Below are positions 1 to 13,100 of a DNA stretch of 64,000 bases, in pieces. This DNA comes from Blastocladiella emersonii ATCC 22665 (lineage: Eukaryota > Fungi > Blastocladiomycota). Location of the stretch: assembly GCA_025594325.1 (NCBI GenBank), contig JANHCV010000016.1:1-64000 (forward strand), in the 5' to 3' direction. A program made the translations under genes and the position numbers. Positions within the stretch are counted from its first letter, which is position 1; every line of letters begins with the position of its first letter. The notes under the pieces are model-generated. The model did not search any database and was not told the DNA's origin. It saw only the letters and a program-made list of their open reading frames with translations.

Positions 1-52
1 CTCGCCGGACGAGGAACGTCTGGTACGGCCTCAGCTTCGGGGAGAGTTCCAT
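1..52 (-). CDS. Possible 5' end of a gene running off the left edge (MELSPKLRPYQTFLVRR...)
   Basis: ATG in a cacc-ATG-G context at 52-50, open to the window edge with C/G-ending codons; too short to identify. Confidence 0.3.
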   Translation of the reverse strand, partial: MELSPKLRPYQTFLVRR

Positions 53-397
53 GGTGCTTCTAGTGGCGGCCGTCGCGTCGCCCGTTCGTAAGGAGAGCTC
101 TGAGGCACGGTTGAGCGAAGCAGCGAGCTCGAGGTGGACGACGGTGGCGCCGGACAGCGTCTGGACACGCGCTGCGGGCCGCTGGATCAGGAAGGCGGCT
201 GGGCCGGCCCACGGGCAGCCGAAAGTCGCGTCGCGCCCGTTGATCGTCGGCCTGATCGCGCGCTCCTGTCCCTGCCTCCTCGGTGGAGCCCAGCAGCCCT
301 CGCCACGCACCGCGCGAGCACAATGGATTCGTGTTGTCATGGATTTGCAAGTATGTACATGTTCCGCGCGCGGCGTGGCGTGGCGCGTCGCGTCGGA

Positions 398-2335
398 TCA
401 GTTGATCTCGATGAACTCGGGTGCGCGCGGCCGGAGCTCGAAGCTACGCGACAACGAGCATCGTCAGGCGGGAAGGGAGTCGCGATGCGAAAGCGTCGAA
501 ACGTACGCGAGAACAGAAACGAAGATGAGCGAGACCGTCTCCTCGGCGACGATGGCGACCCACGACGCGGTCGGGTAGAGCACGATCATGGACAGCTTGG
601 CCTACACCGCACCCGCTCGGCAGTCAGTCAATGTCAATCTCCGTCGCACGCGCCCAAACGTACCACGAGAACCGACGCGAGGTACACGACCGACTCGCGC
701 GTGACGCGCTCGATGAGGGCGCGCTTGGACTCGTACGCCGTGACGACGCGCGGGTCGACGAGCCCGGCCTTGCGCAGCTCGACCACGTACTGCGCGACCT
801 GCGCGCAGTGACGCGTCGCCGTCGTGTGCAGGAACGCGGCGAGGATGGGGAGCATGATGAGCGAGCCGACCAGCGCGCTGCCGAGGACGAGCGTCGTGAA
901 GATATCTACGCGCGAGTGTCAGTAAGTGCGAGCGACACCGCACGCTGTGAGACCGTACCCGAGATGCTGACAAACATAGCGAGCCCCATGACCGAGCGCA
1001 CCTCGACGCCCGCGTACTGCGTGCGCGTGATATGCCACCCTTTCGCGACCGCGAGCATGACCGTGTACAGGACGCCGCACGCGACGCCGACGACGAGCGC
1101 GCGGATGATCTCGACGACGGGGAGCAGGAGGCCCGTGATGCTGACCTGCGTCCACGCAAACGTCGCGAACGCCGACCAGATGACGCGGACGACGGGGACC
1201 GCGATCAGCGCGACAGTCAGCGGGACGCGCTGCGAGCGGCGGCGGGTCCATGCGAGACCGACGGGGCCGGCGCAGGCGGCGAGGAGGGCGAGGTACGCGA
1301 GGAAGACCAGCGGGTACACGGCGAGGATCGGGAGCATGCCCGTCGGCAGGTGCGTGTACCGCGCCAGGGTCCCGTCGGGCAGACGTGTCGTGGAGGAGGC
1401 CGGGTCGATCGGGCTGAGGTGCCAGCCGAGCACGTTCTCCGTGTTCATCACAACCTAGATGGTCGCGAGCGTTAGCCAGCGCGTCATACACCACGTGCGC
1501 GCCGAGCCGTACCCCGCCCGCGACGCGGAACAGCGTCGAGTTATTCAACCCGCCGCACTTGACCATCCCCGCGATATACATCCCGCTCGCGGGCACCTCG
1601 ACGCGCCACGGGCTCGGCGCCACCATATCCCCCGCGCCCGCGTCCGTCGGGTACTGGTCGACCTCGACGTTGCCCTCGCGCTTGCTGACGGTGCGCACGC
1701 GGAACCGGCGCCGATACACTTTCGCGATGACGCACCCCGGCGCGTGGTCGCCCGCCGCGATACAGCTGCCCGTCGCCGCGGGCGGGTCGAGCGGCGGCCA
1801 CGCGCGGACCGACGCGTTGACTGCGGTGCCTGGGCGAAGGAGGAGGGAGGCGAGGGTCTCGGCCGACACGGGGTCGCCGTACGCGTCCTGCGCGGCGCCC
1901 GTGGACGCCGTGAACCGCAGCGGCGGTGCATGGACCGCGGAAGACCCGGCGCCCGCCGCGTCGGGGATCGGGCAGAAGAAGGCGTCGACGGCGTGCGCAT
2001 ACTCGGACCCGGGCGTCACGGCGTCGAAGATGGCGGGTGCCTTGGTCTAGAGGGACACGGACGGAGGCATCAGGCACACCATCATCATCCCCACCAGCTC
2101 AGCTCAGCGGACGTACGCGGATGTAACTCAGCGTGTCGGCGGACCGCAGCTGCATGAACTCGGCCGAGAACCGGCCGCCGTTGCTGAACGAAAAGTAGGA
2201 GAACTGGGTGATGCGGTCGACGGTGCCGAGGACGAAGCTGTCGCCGTCGTACGCCATGCCGTGCGCCGTGGTCGCGAGGCACGCGAGGGTGATGGCGACG
2301 ACGGCGGTCGCTGTCGCGAGGACGGTCGAGTACAT
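398..2335 (-). CDS. Multi-exon GOST / lung seven-transmembrane receptor family protein (GPR107/TMEM87/PTM1-like)
   Basis: Signal peptide MYSTVLATATAVVAITLACLATTAHG, luminal domain, YTHLPTGMLPILAVY leading into TM1, several hydrophobic helices, and a spliced C-terminus WVAIVAEETVSLIFVSVLAY|FELRP matching the GOST last-helix/RP pattern; TGA at 400-398. Confidence 0.65.
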
Positions 2336-2679
2336 GGTTCGTGGGGTGCGCTGCTGCGAGTTACGCAGCCGGAAGGGGCGTGGATTCATGGCAGTTGCGG
2401 GGAGAGGGGGAGCAGAGATGGAGATGCGGTCACGGAGACGCGTCCTTCAGCCCAGCCTCGCGCATGAACGTCGCGTCTTGTCCCCGCTCAGCGCTGCCCT
2501 CCTTCCACTCGCAAAGCCGCGGCAGTGAACAACAAGGTATCGGTTTCAATTTGTTTTTCAAACGCTACGTGGGGACGACATGAAGCGGGGGGATGGACGG
2601 AACAGGTGGTCGAGCAGGGGAGGGGAGGGACGGAGTGGGGGAACGGGGATACAGAGCGTGGACGATGCCGGCGACGAAC

Positions 2680-4596
2680 TTACTCGGTCTTGGGCGCCTC
2701 CTCGGTCTTGTGCTCCTCGGCCTTATGCTCGGCCTCGGCGGGCTTGGCCTCCTCGGCCTTGGGCTCCTCAGCGGGGGCGGCGGCAGCGGCCTCCTCGTGC
2801 TTGGGCTCGGCCTCGGCGGCCTTGGGGGCCTCCTCGGTCTTGTGCTCAGCCTCAGCGGCGGGCTTGGCCTCCTCGACGGGGGCGGGGGCAGCGACCTCCT
2901 CGGTCTTGGGAGCCTCCCCGTGCTTGGGCTCCTCGGCCTTGGGGGCCTCCTCGACCTTGGCGGGCTCCTCGTGCTTGGCCTCCTCGGCGGGGGCGGCAGC
3001 AGCGGGCGCGGCCTCCTCGGCCTTGGGCGCCTCCTCGACGGGGGCAGCGGCGGCGGGGGCAGCAGCCTCCTCGACCTTGGCGGGCTCCTCGTGCTTGGGG
3101 GCCTCCTCGGCGGGCTTGGCCTCCTCGACGGGGGCGGCGGCGGCGGCGGGGGCAGCGGCGGCGGCGGGGGCAGCGGCGGCCTCCTCGTGCTTGAGCTCCT
3201 CGGCCTTGGGCTCCTCGGCAGCCTTGGCGGGCTCCTCGGCGGCCTTGGGGGCCTCCTCGACGGGCTTGGCCTCCTCGGCAACGGCGGCTGCGGGGACGGG
3301 GGCAGCGGCCTCGGCAACGGCCTCGATCGACTTGGCGGCGAGGTCGCGGGTCACCTCAGCGACGGCCTTGTCCTCGACGGGGGCGGCGGGGGCAGCGACG
3401 GCAGCGGGGGCGGCAGCAGGGGTCTCGGCCTCCTTCTTGGCCTTCTCGGAGCCGGCCTCGGGCTTGGCCTCGACGGCGTCGGCGTCGGGGGCGGGGACGC
3501 CGGGCCCGTTCGGGGAGGCGGCGCCGGCGTTGAGGTCGTTGTTCCACTTCTGGGCCTCCTCGAACTTGGCCTTGAAGCGCTGGGCAATGTCCGAGTTGGC
3601 AAAGCGCACGGCAAGCATCTCGGGCTTGACCTCGTCCTCGGAGAAGTCGGCGAGGGCGGTCCAGACCCACGAGCGGTCCGAGCCGACGTTGGGGTTGAGC
3701 TTCATCTCGGGGGCAATGACGTGGTTGGCGCAGATCTTGAGCGTCTTGTCGCGGCGCATCAGCACGCGCACCTTGCCCGACTGCTTGTGCATCATGAGGC
3801 GCATCTCGCCCGTGCCGCGCTCCTTCCACTCGGTCGTGGCCTTCTCGAACCGGAACAGCTTGGCGCGCCTGGATTATTCGGGGGAGGTTAGTGCTGGGTT
3901 AGTGCTGGGTTACGCGAGAAACGCGTCGCTCATAGCGTGGGAGACGCGCGGCACGTGAAAAGAAACGCACATCTTGAACAGGGGCGTCTCGTCGTCCTCG
4001 GCCGTCTTCACCTCCACCTTCTCGAGCTTGACCACGGGCTCGAAGTGGACATCGGGCTCAGTCTCGTCGGCCTTCTCCTACGGGGCGGCACGGGGGGAGG
4101 GGAGGGCGAGTCAGTACGACGCGTCTCGGTGACGTGGATCCAGGCGGGGAACGAGGGCAGGTCACAGCAGCAGCAGCAGCACGGGTAGCGAGCAGGTCCG
4201 TGGTCGAGGGTCTCGGTGCGACGCGAATTCGGCACCTCGGCTGGCTGGCTGGTGTGGGCGACGGGCGGCGCGTCGGTCGAGCCGCCGGCGGCCGTGTCAG
4301 CACGCTAGTTGGACACCGACGACGAGATGCCGGTACCCGTCCGAGTACGGCGGCCGAGTCACCCCAGAGAGCGGGCGGCGCGACGCGGACCCGATCCAAA
4401 CGAGTCGACTCGATTCGGTTCCGGACAGGGCGACGCGTAGACCGACGCGGCGGCGGGGGCCGCGTTCGCGCAAGACCGCGCTGGTACCGCTGCTGCTGCG
4501 GCTGTGACAGGTAGAGGGGATGAGCGCAACGGCGGCGACGTAGATGCTGACCTCCTCGTGGTGGGCGACAACGGTGGGCTCGTGGGCGTCAGACAT
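2680..4596 (-). CDS. YRB1: Ran-binding protein 1 (RanBP1/Yrb1) with a long Ala/Glu/Pro/Lys-rich C-terminal tail
   Basis: Spliced exons give [30 protein letters not shown]|[24 protein letters not shown]...KICANH...SDRSWVW, the RanBD signature; stop at 2682-2680. Confidence 0.92.
2685..3270 (-). repeat. Coding low-complexity imperfect tandem repeats in the RanBP1 tail
   Basis: Recurrent peptides [26 protein letters not shown] in the 2680..3804 ORF. Confidence 0.8.
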
Positions 4597-5572
4597 GGTG
4601 GCGGGGCAGAGTGCAGGTGGTTGCGAGGCAGCGGGATCGACGGAGCGAGCGCGAGAGCAAAAGTCGAGGGCGGCGTCGGGGAGCGGAGCGGGAGCACGGC
4701 GGGCAGCGACGAGGACGACGGCGGGCAGCGGGCGAGCGAACCGAGCCGAAGGTTGGCTGGCTCGCGCTAAAAAAAGGCGGCCATGAGCTCCCACACGGAC
4801 GCGAATGCATCACGCGACTTTCACGTGCGGGAGGCACTGTCCCCCGCCTTGATTTCCGGCGCCCGACCGCCGCGCGGCGATCCTCCATCAGATAAGCGAC
4901 TCGCCGACGCGACCGCTCGCCCCGCCAACGCCGACTTGGTGCAACGCTCGCCCGCGGCCCGTGCCGACCTCGCGCACGTCGCACGACCCTACTGGCCGGT
5001 CGCCCGGACTACGCTGTATGCATCTGCGCCGCCGCCCGTCTCACTGCAACGGTGCCAGCGGGTCGAACCGAGGACTGCCCCGCCGGCTTACACCATTTGG
5101 CTCGCGCGCCCCGCCGGTGCGGTTTCTCGGTCCCTCGCCGTGCCCGCAAACCCAGAATCGGCCGACTCACGGCTTGCGACTCGTCCGCCATGTGTTCGTG
5201 TAGACGTCGGAGACGCGCTCGCCGTGACCGTCTCGCTATCATCGGCCATCGCTCCTCTGGACGCGCCGCTCTCCATACCGCTCCGCTCGGTCCGCCCTGA
5301 GCGCTCAACATCGAGACAGCGCCGAGAACCGCTCTCGATCGTCGGCTTCCCGTTGTTGTTGTCGCTGGTCCCTTGTTCTCGTGGGCCACCTCGTAGCCGC
5401 AGCGGCCGGGCTCCGACCCGCGCTCCCTCCCTCCCCCACTTTGCCCGCGAACGCCATCGTCCCGCACCCTCGCCAACCCTCTGTCGGTCCAGAACTCGCG
5501 GGCAATCCGCTCGAGCTGGCCGGCCATCCTCTTCTCCTCGCCCGTCTCGCGCCCTCGATCCGGCCTGCCTGC

Positions 5573-8500
5573 ATGGACAAGGTCAAGGCCGAGAATGAGC
5601 TGCTGCGCGAGCTGCTCATCGCCGCGCTCGCGTCCAAGTCGGACAAGGTCTCGGACATAGTTGCCGCCATCGGTCGCTCGAGGTCGCCCAACGGCGGCGG
5701 TGGCGGTGGCGACGGCGACTCGCATTCGTCGCAGCAGCAGCAGCCGCCCCCGTTGAACCCGCCTCCTGGACCCGGATCCAGCGGCGGCGGCGGCGGCGGC
5801 AGCGGCAGCGTGCACCCGTTGCTCCCGCACGCACAGCCGATCGACCGCGCACAACCGCTTCCGCCCGCGTCGCATCAGGGGCCGCCGCTCCACCCGCATC
5901 ACCACCCCTACGGCCACCAGCGCGCCAACGGGTACCGCCACGCCCACGTCGTCAACGACATCATTGCCAGCGCTGGACACGCGCCGCCCGCCGACTACGA
6001 CCAGCATCGCCCCTACGACTACGCGCAACCGCCCCCGCGCGCGTCGGCGCCCGCGCCGTCCGACCCGCACTTCCCCGCGCACGCGGCCTACCCGCCGCCG
6101 CTGGCTCACCGCCACGACGACCACGACTACTACCGGCACCGCGACCACGAGCCCTCGCCGCCGCCGTCGAGTCGCGCATGGCCGCACCACCCCGCTCCTC
6201 CTCGCCCACCACCGGCCCTGTCGTCGCACTTGGCGCAGCGCGACCACGAGCACTACGGCGACCCCTACCAGTACCCCGATCGGCCCCATCACCACCACCA
6301 CCACCACCATCCGCCGAGGAGGCCCGCGCCCGACGCGTCGATGCTGCGCCACGACTCGTACCCGAACGAGCACCCGCACTTTGCCTCCTCGGTCCCGCCT
6401 CCCGCCGCTTCGCGCGCATCGTCGTATCCGCGCCAGCACCGCGACGCGTCCGCGTACCCTCATCCACTGCCGCACGCGCGCGACGACCCCGTCTCCCACC
6501 GCCCGCCATCCCCCGCGTCTGCCTCTGGTCGTGAGTCGGCCGGCCCCATCCAGCCCACGCACGTCCTCGCCGCGCTCGAGCTCGTGAAACTCGGGCCCGA
6601 CGTCCTCAGCGGGCTCGGCGTCGACCACGAGACCATCGCCAAGCTCGCCACCAACCTCCAGTCCATCTCGGCGCAGTCCGCCCCGCCATCTCGTCCCCCG
6701 TCGGCGCCCGCGTCGTCCTCTACGCGCTCGGCGCAGCACGACGCGCTCGTCAACGGGCTCCGCCAGCTCACCGAGTCGCCCGCGCCCGGCTCGTCGGCCG
6801 CGTCGGACACGCACAGCCGCCTCGTCAGCCCCGCCGCCGCCGCGAGCGCGCCCATGGCACCGCCGTCGCGCCCGCCGTCGATTCCGCTCTCGTCATCGCA
6901 CGCCGTGCGCCGGCAGAGCAACCCGAGCCCGACCCCGCCGCCGCCGCGCATCATGGGCCTGCCGTCGACGCACAACCCGATGTTCGGCCACGCGTTCGCC
7001 GCTGCGGGCGCGCCCGCTCCGCCGCCGCCCGTGGTAGGCGGGATGCCCGCCGTGCGCACGACGCCGCGATCGATCCACCACGCGCCCGTGCAGCCGTCGC
7101 CGCTCTCGTCGCACTTTGACGCACACGATTTCGGCATGGGTACGGGGTCTGGTGCGGCGGACTCGGACGCGGCAGCGGCAGCGTCGGCCGCCGCCCGCGC
7201 GATGCACATCGCCGTCGACCGCGAGTTCCCCGGGCTCCACGTCGGCGTCCACGCGCCCAGCTCGTTCAACATCATGAATTTCGCCATGATGAACGGGGCC
7301 GATCTCGGGCTCGACTTTCTCAACGCCGCCGCCACGAGTCAGCCCGCGGACCCGGCGGCGTCGCAGTCGCAGCAGCACCGGTTTTCGGGCGCCGAGCCGA
7401 TGCAGGTTTCGGATCCGCCGTCCCAGCAGCAGCAGCTCAGTCTTGACGAGCTATGGCACGCGCCGCCGAACCTCGTCTCGACGTCGGCATCGCCCGCGCC
7501 GCCGCACCCGCACGCCGCGACCCCGACGCTCACCGACCCCATGGCCGTGTCGACGCCGCCACACCCGCATCCACAGCAGCAGCAGGACCAGTCCATGGAC
7601 GCGGCGACCGCCGCAGCCGCAGCCGCCGCGCAGGTGGCGCTCGACTCGCTGTTCCCCAACGACCCCTTCGCGCTGTGCGACCCGACCGCCGGCGGCACCA
7701 TCATGCCCGCGCAGCCGTCACTCTCGGGGTTCGGCCAGCACGACCCGTTCGGCCAGTACCCGCTCTTGGGCGCGGCCGCGCTCTACGACCCGGCCAACTG
7801 GGTGACGGACGCGTGGCTCGCGGCCGCGACCGCGGGACTGTCGGCCGGCGCGCCGCTCGCGGGCCCGGCGCCCCCGCCGCCGACGCCGGCCATGGCGAGC
7901 GTCTCGGCGGGTACGTCGCACGCCGCGTCGCCGTTCCTCACGGGGACCGGCCCGCTCGCTGCGTCTGGACTTGCTGGTTTCGCCTCGTCCCTGTCGAATC
8001 AGCAGCATCAACCGCATCAACAGCAGGCGCTCGCGAACCAGTCGTTTGACCCCTCGGCGTGCATGGCTGACCAGTCGTGGACCATGGCCGCCGACCCGTC
8101 GTCCTCGTCGTCGTCCTCGGCGCTGCCGCCCGCCGCCCAGCTTGGCGGCCCGTCCGCGTTCGCCGCGGACCCGCTGTCGATCGACGACGTCCAGGCCCAG
8201 CTCATGGCGATGCTCGATATCGAAGATTTCGCCGCCGTCGCCGCGACCGACACTGACCTCGCCGACCCGCGCCGCCGGCCCGTCGTCCCGATCGGCTTCG
8301 ACGACGAACCGCTTGGGTTCGCCGGCGCCGAGAGGTCGCGCCACCAGCTTCACCAGCAGCCGCCGACCATCGCCCCCGCGCGCATCATCAACGGCGGGAC
8401 CGCGGGCGGCGGGTCCACGAGCGGCCGCTCCGAGTCCGGCGCCGTCGCCCCGCGCCACCGCGTCCGCGGGCGAACCGCATCGGTTGTCGGCGCCACGGCC

Positions 8501-9983
8501 AATGACGCCATGGAGGCCGCCATGGCGGCCGCGGGGATCGGGAACGACGAGGACGGGGCGCCCGCACGGCCGCGCGCGGTCGGCGCGACGACGACGCGAG
8601 GTAAGCGCGGCCGCGCGGCCAAGAATCCGGACCGCAGGCACAACCCGCCGCGGCCGCCTGCCGTCGTCGTCGCTGCGTCGGACATGCTCGTGTCGACGTC
8701 CGCGTCGCCACCTCCGCCTCCTCAACCGCAGCAGCAGGAACAGCAGCAGCAGCACGAGGTCCGGCCGGCGTACCACGAGAACCCCTTCTTCCACCCGCCG
8801 TCGCACCAGCACCACCACCATCATCATCCGCAGTCGCAGCACGACCTCCCGCCGCTGCCACCACTACCGCCCTCTGTCGGCGGAGCACCCGAGCTTCCGC
8901 TCCAGCCCGCCGCGCCAGCACCAGCGCCGACACCAGCGCCCGCCAGCAGTCCCGGCGCGGGCGACGAGCTCGTCCTCGGCGCCAACGACGAGCCGCCCAA
9001 GCAGTGTGAGAACGAGAACTGCCGCGTGCAGTTCACGCCGCTGTGGCGCCGCGGGTTCAGCGACGAGATTTTGTGCAACGCGTGTGGGCTCTAGTACGGC
9101 TTCCCCTCGCTCGCGCCCGTCGCCACCCTCGCTGACCCTCGTCCCCCGTGTAGCGTCAAGCAAAACGGGCGCCACCGTCCGCGCGAGCTGTGCCGGCACC
9201 CGGCCAAGCCGCCGCCCGTCAACACCAACGTGTGCGCCAACTGCAACACGAGCGAGGCGTCCCTTTGGCGCAAGGGGTCGCAGGGCGAGTGCCTGTGCAA
9301 CGCGTGTGCCCTCTAGTACGCTTCTCCCTCGTGCTTCTTCGTTCAAACTCGCACTGATGTCCGATATCTGTAGCGAGAAGCTCCACAACAAGCACCGCCC
9401 GCCCGAGATCTACGCCAACAAGGTCGTCAAGCGGCGCAACCGCGCGCCCAAGCGCACCGCCGCGGCCGCCGCGCTCGACTCGTCGGCCGCCGCCGCTGAT
9501 GGCAGCTCCGCGTCCTCGTCGCTCACGTCCTCGTCCCCGTTGACCGCTGACGGCGACTCGCCCGTCCCGCCTAAGCCCAAGCGCAAGCGCGCCGCCGCGC
9601 CGCGCAAGCGGGCCACGACCGTCGCCGCTGCCGCCGCGGCTGCTGCTGCAGCTGCGTCTGGAGACCCCGCTCCCGCCGAGTCCTCGTCCGCGTCGTCGCC
9701 TACAACGGCGGTTTATACCCCGTCGCACCCGCACCACGCGCACCACGCGTACCCGCTCGCGCACCCTGCTTCCTCGGGCCCCGCGGCGCCGAACCCGGTG
9801 CTCGCGATCGCCGAGGCCGCTGCCGCCGCGGCAGCTGCGGCGTCGTCTTCGGCGGCGCCATCCCCGCTGTCGTCGCTCGCGGCCGCGGCCGCGCTGCCGT
9901 TCTTCGCCGCCCACGGCGCAGCAGCAGCGCCAAGGAGGCCGGACGGTGGTGACGATCCGGACGACGACATGGACACGAGCTAG
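5573..9983 (+). CDS. GATA-type transcription factor with two C-terminal zinc fingers and a very long Pro/His/Ala/Gln low-complexity N-terminus
   Basis: Finger 1 CENENC-X17-CNAC, intron 9094-9153, finger 2 CANC-X17-CNAC, intron 9316-9373, basic tail LHNKHRP...VVKRRNR; stop 9981-9983. Confidence 0.88.
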
Positions 9984-10115
9984 CCCGCTCCCGCCGCCGC
10001 CGGCCCTCCCTTCCTCGCGAGTTTTGATACATATCGCCCGCCCTCGTCTTGAATCCATAACTGCCTAGTGTATTCCTTCTTCTTCTTCTTCTTCCTCCCG
10101 TCCCGCGAACGAAAC

Positions 10116-13100
10116 TCAGTCATCCTCGTCGCCGCCCAGTAGCCCGCCACTCCCGCCGACGGGCCTGTACTCGCGCAGGACCGCGGGGACCGACGTGACG
10201 GGCACGACGCCGAGCTCGGTGACGACGGCCGTGAGGAACTCGGGCGGCGCCACGTCGAACAGGAGGTGCACGTACCCGGCGGCCTTACCCCCCTCGTCCT
10301 CGCCGCTGCCGCCGGCGGCGCCAGCGCCCAGCTCGTTGAACACCATCGAGTCGAGATGAATCGCGTCGGTGAACTTGTACGTCTCGCACGCGACCATGAC
10401 GGGGATATTCGCGCGGGCGGCCATGAGCGCGACGGCGGCGCTCCCGACGCCGCCAAGGAGCGCACCGTTGCCCAGCATCCCGTGCGCGCCGAGGACGACC
10501 TTGGTCGCCTCGCGCAGGGCGAACCCGAGCCCCGTCATGCACGCGTAGGTGACCTTGATCCCAGCGTCGAGGAGACCACGCGCGAGGGGGCGGCCGTGGA
10601 GCCACGGCCGGGCGTCGACGACCACGGCGCGGAACGGGGTGCCCGCGGCGTGCGCGGCGAGGAGGACCGCCTCGACCGTCGAGCTGTGGCCGAACGTCAG
10701 GACCACGTCGCCGGGCTTGATCTTGGCCCTTGCGTGCTCGGCAATCGCCGCGCGCGCGTGCGTGATGCGTTCCGCGACGTAGGTGTCGATCCCGGCGACG
10801 AGCCGCGCGCGCGCGTCGCCGTCGTGCAGGTCGGGCGGGAGGACCGAGATCGCGTGTTTCAGCGCGCGGATCGCGTTGCCCATGCCGGGCGACAGCGGCC
10901 GGGTCTCGGCCAGGTACGCAATGTGCGCGCCGAGGTACTGCGTCAGGTGCCGCGGCAGGACCGCGCGCGGCGGCGTCGTGTAGTCGGCGATCAGCTGGCG
11001 GAACGCGGCCAGCATCGCCGCGCACCGCTCGTTGGCCCCCGCGAGGTGCAGGTGCGCCGTCTTGAGCGCCACGGTGACGACGGACGGGTGCAGCGGGAAC
11101 CCGTTGCGCGTCACGGTTGCCGTGGCGGGGTTGGCCTGCGCGCGCGCCGCGATGGACGGCGGGAGGTGCGACAGGTTCAGCGACGACCCGCTGAAGCTCG
11201 CGGTGCTCCCGGCCCGCGAACCGAGCTTGGTCGCGGCGAGCGGGACGGGGACGCGCGCTGAGCCGGGGCGCGCGGACGCGGGCGTGCGGGGCACGTCCTT
11301 GGTCGCGATCCGCGGCGAGGACGCCGGCGTCGTCTTGCTGGCGGCGGTGACCACGGCCTTGGGCTTGCCGCTCGCGCTCGCGGTGGTGCCGGACGCCTTG
11401 GCGGCCTCCTTGGCCGCGCGCTGCGCCTCCTGGTACGCGCGCCGCTCCGCCTTGGTCATGTCCTTGGTCGACTGCTTCTGCGGGCGGCTACCGTCGGCGG
11501 CGGCGACCTTGGCCGGCGGAGCCGCCGCGGGCTTGGCGGGCTGCTCCTTGGCCGGCAGCGGCGCGACGAGCGCGGCGGTCTTGATCGGCGTGACGGCCTT
11601 CCCCGTGGCCGCGCGAGCGGGCTTGGGCGTCTCGTCGCCCGCGGGAGCATCGATCGACGGCGGCGCGACCACGGCGCCGTCCGCTTTACGCTTCCGCACG
11701 CTCGACGGCGACCCACCCGCTGGACTCGGCGGGCGCGGCACGGGCTTCGCGGACGACTCGCGCGACTCGCTCCACGCGCGGTCCCACACGGACTCGGTGC
11801 GCGCGGTCGACCGCCCACGCTCGTCCTCGGTTGCGGTCCCGAAAACGCTGTCGCGGTCGCGGTCGCGGTCGGGCGAGCGGGCGCGCGACGGCGACCGCGC
11901 TACAGCACCGGGCACGGAAAACTCCTTGATCTCGGGCCGGCGCTCGCCGGTCGCAATCGCAGCGTTATGCGCGATCGCCGCCTTGAACGCGGCGTGGAAC
12001 ACGTTGCTCGCGTCGGTAGTCCCGAGCCTGACAGCGACCGTGACGGCGGCGGGCGGGACGTGCAGGCCCGCGGCGAAATCGGCGAGCGAGTGCCACGACC
12101 AGCCCGTCATGGTGCCGAGGATCGGCATCGGGTGCATCGCGGGCGTGATGTAGTGGTTGATGGCGACGGCGCGGCGAGGCGAGGCGGGGGCCAGCGAGAG
12201 CGCTGGGTCGTCGAGGGACATCAGCAGGCGGACTTTGCCCGCGCCCGTCTCCGGGACCAGCAGCTGGATCTCGCCGCGGCCGAGCTGTTTCCATGACCGC
12301 GACGGTTTGTCGTACCGGTACCCGATGCCGCGGCTACAGCGGGACGGGTGAGACGAGGGGGTTTGGGGGAGGGGAGCTGGTGCGAGCGTACATTTCCAGG
12401 ATCGCGCGCTCTTTGACCGGAGACTGGTCGCGCAGAAGTCCTCGGGCCTACACGAGATTAGTGAGCCTCCGCGCAGGAAGAGCCACACCGAGTGCAGAAC
12501 CGTACCTCGGTGGGACTCGCCGGCCGAATCATCGCCCAGTCAACGGCGGCCACGTCCGGCTGCGGCGACGCGGGCGAGTTGACCTGCGACGGCGGCTGGA
12601 CATGGACCGCGGCCTTCCCGCTCGCGGCCGCCGCCGCACCGTCGGGCTGCGGTGCCGCAGGATCCGACGGCTGTGCGGCACCCGAGGACAGCTTCCCGTT
12701 CCACCGGGCAGCCTCCTCGAACTTGGTCTTGAACCGCGCGGCGACAGTGGCATCGCGGAGGCGGACCGCGAGCATGAGCGGCTCGGCGGGTCCGTCCGAG
12801 ACGTCGGCGAGGGCGGTCCAGGTCCACGCGCGGTCTGACTTGGCCATGGGCGCGAGCTTCATCTCGGGGAGCAGCAGGTGGTTGGCGCACACTTTGAGCA
12901 CCTTGTCGCGGCGCATCAGGACGCGGACCTTGCCCGTGGCGCGGTGCTTGAGGAACTTGAGCTCGCCGACGCCGCGCTCCTTCCATTCGCCGGCGAGGTA
13001 GCGGAAGAGTTGGGCGCGGCTACGGTGAGTGGGTGTCAGTTGTGGCCGTGTGAGGAAGGGAGGGAGGGAGGGGAAACGTACGCCTCGAAGATGGGATCCT

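Noticed and set aside
5009-6814. 601-aa minus-strand ORF and the overlapping alternative-frame ORFs
   Set aside because: Antisense shadow of the GATA gene; long stop-free frames are expected at this GC content, and the translation is R/V/G-rich with no family motifs.
10116-12488. Treating the 790-aa ORF as an independent eIF2B-delta gene
   Set aside because: Its 5' part overlaps intron-like sequence; splicing places it as the last exon of the RanBD gene.
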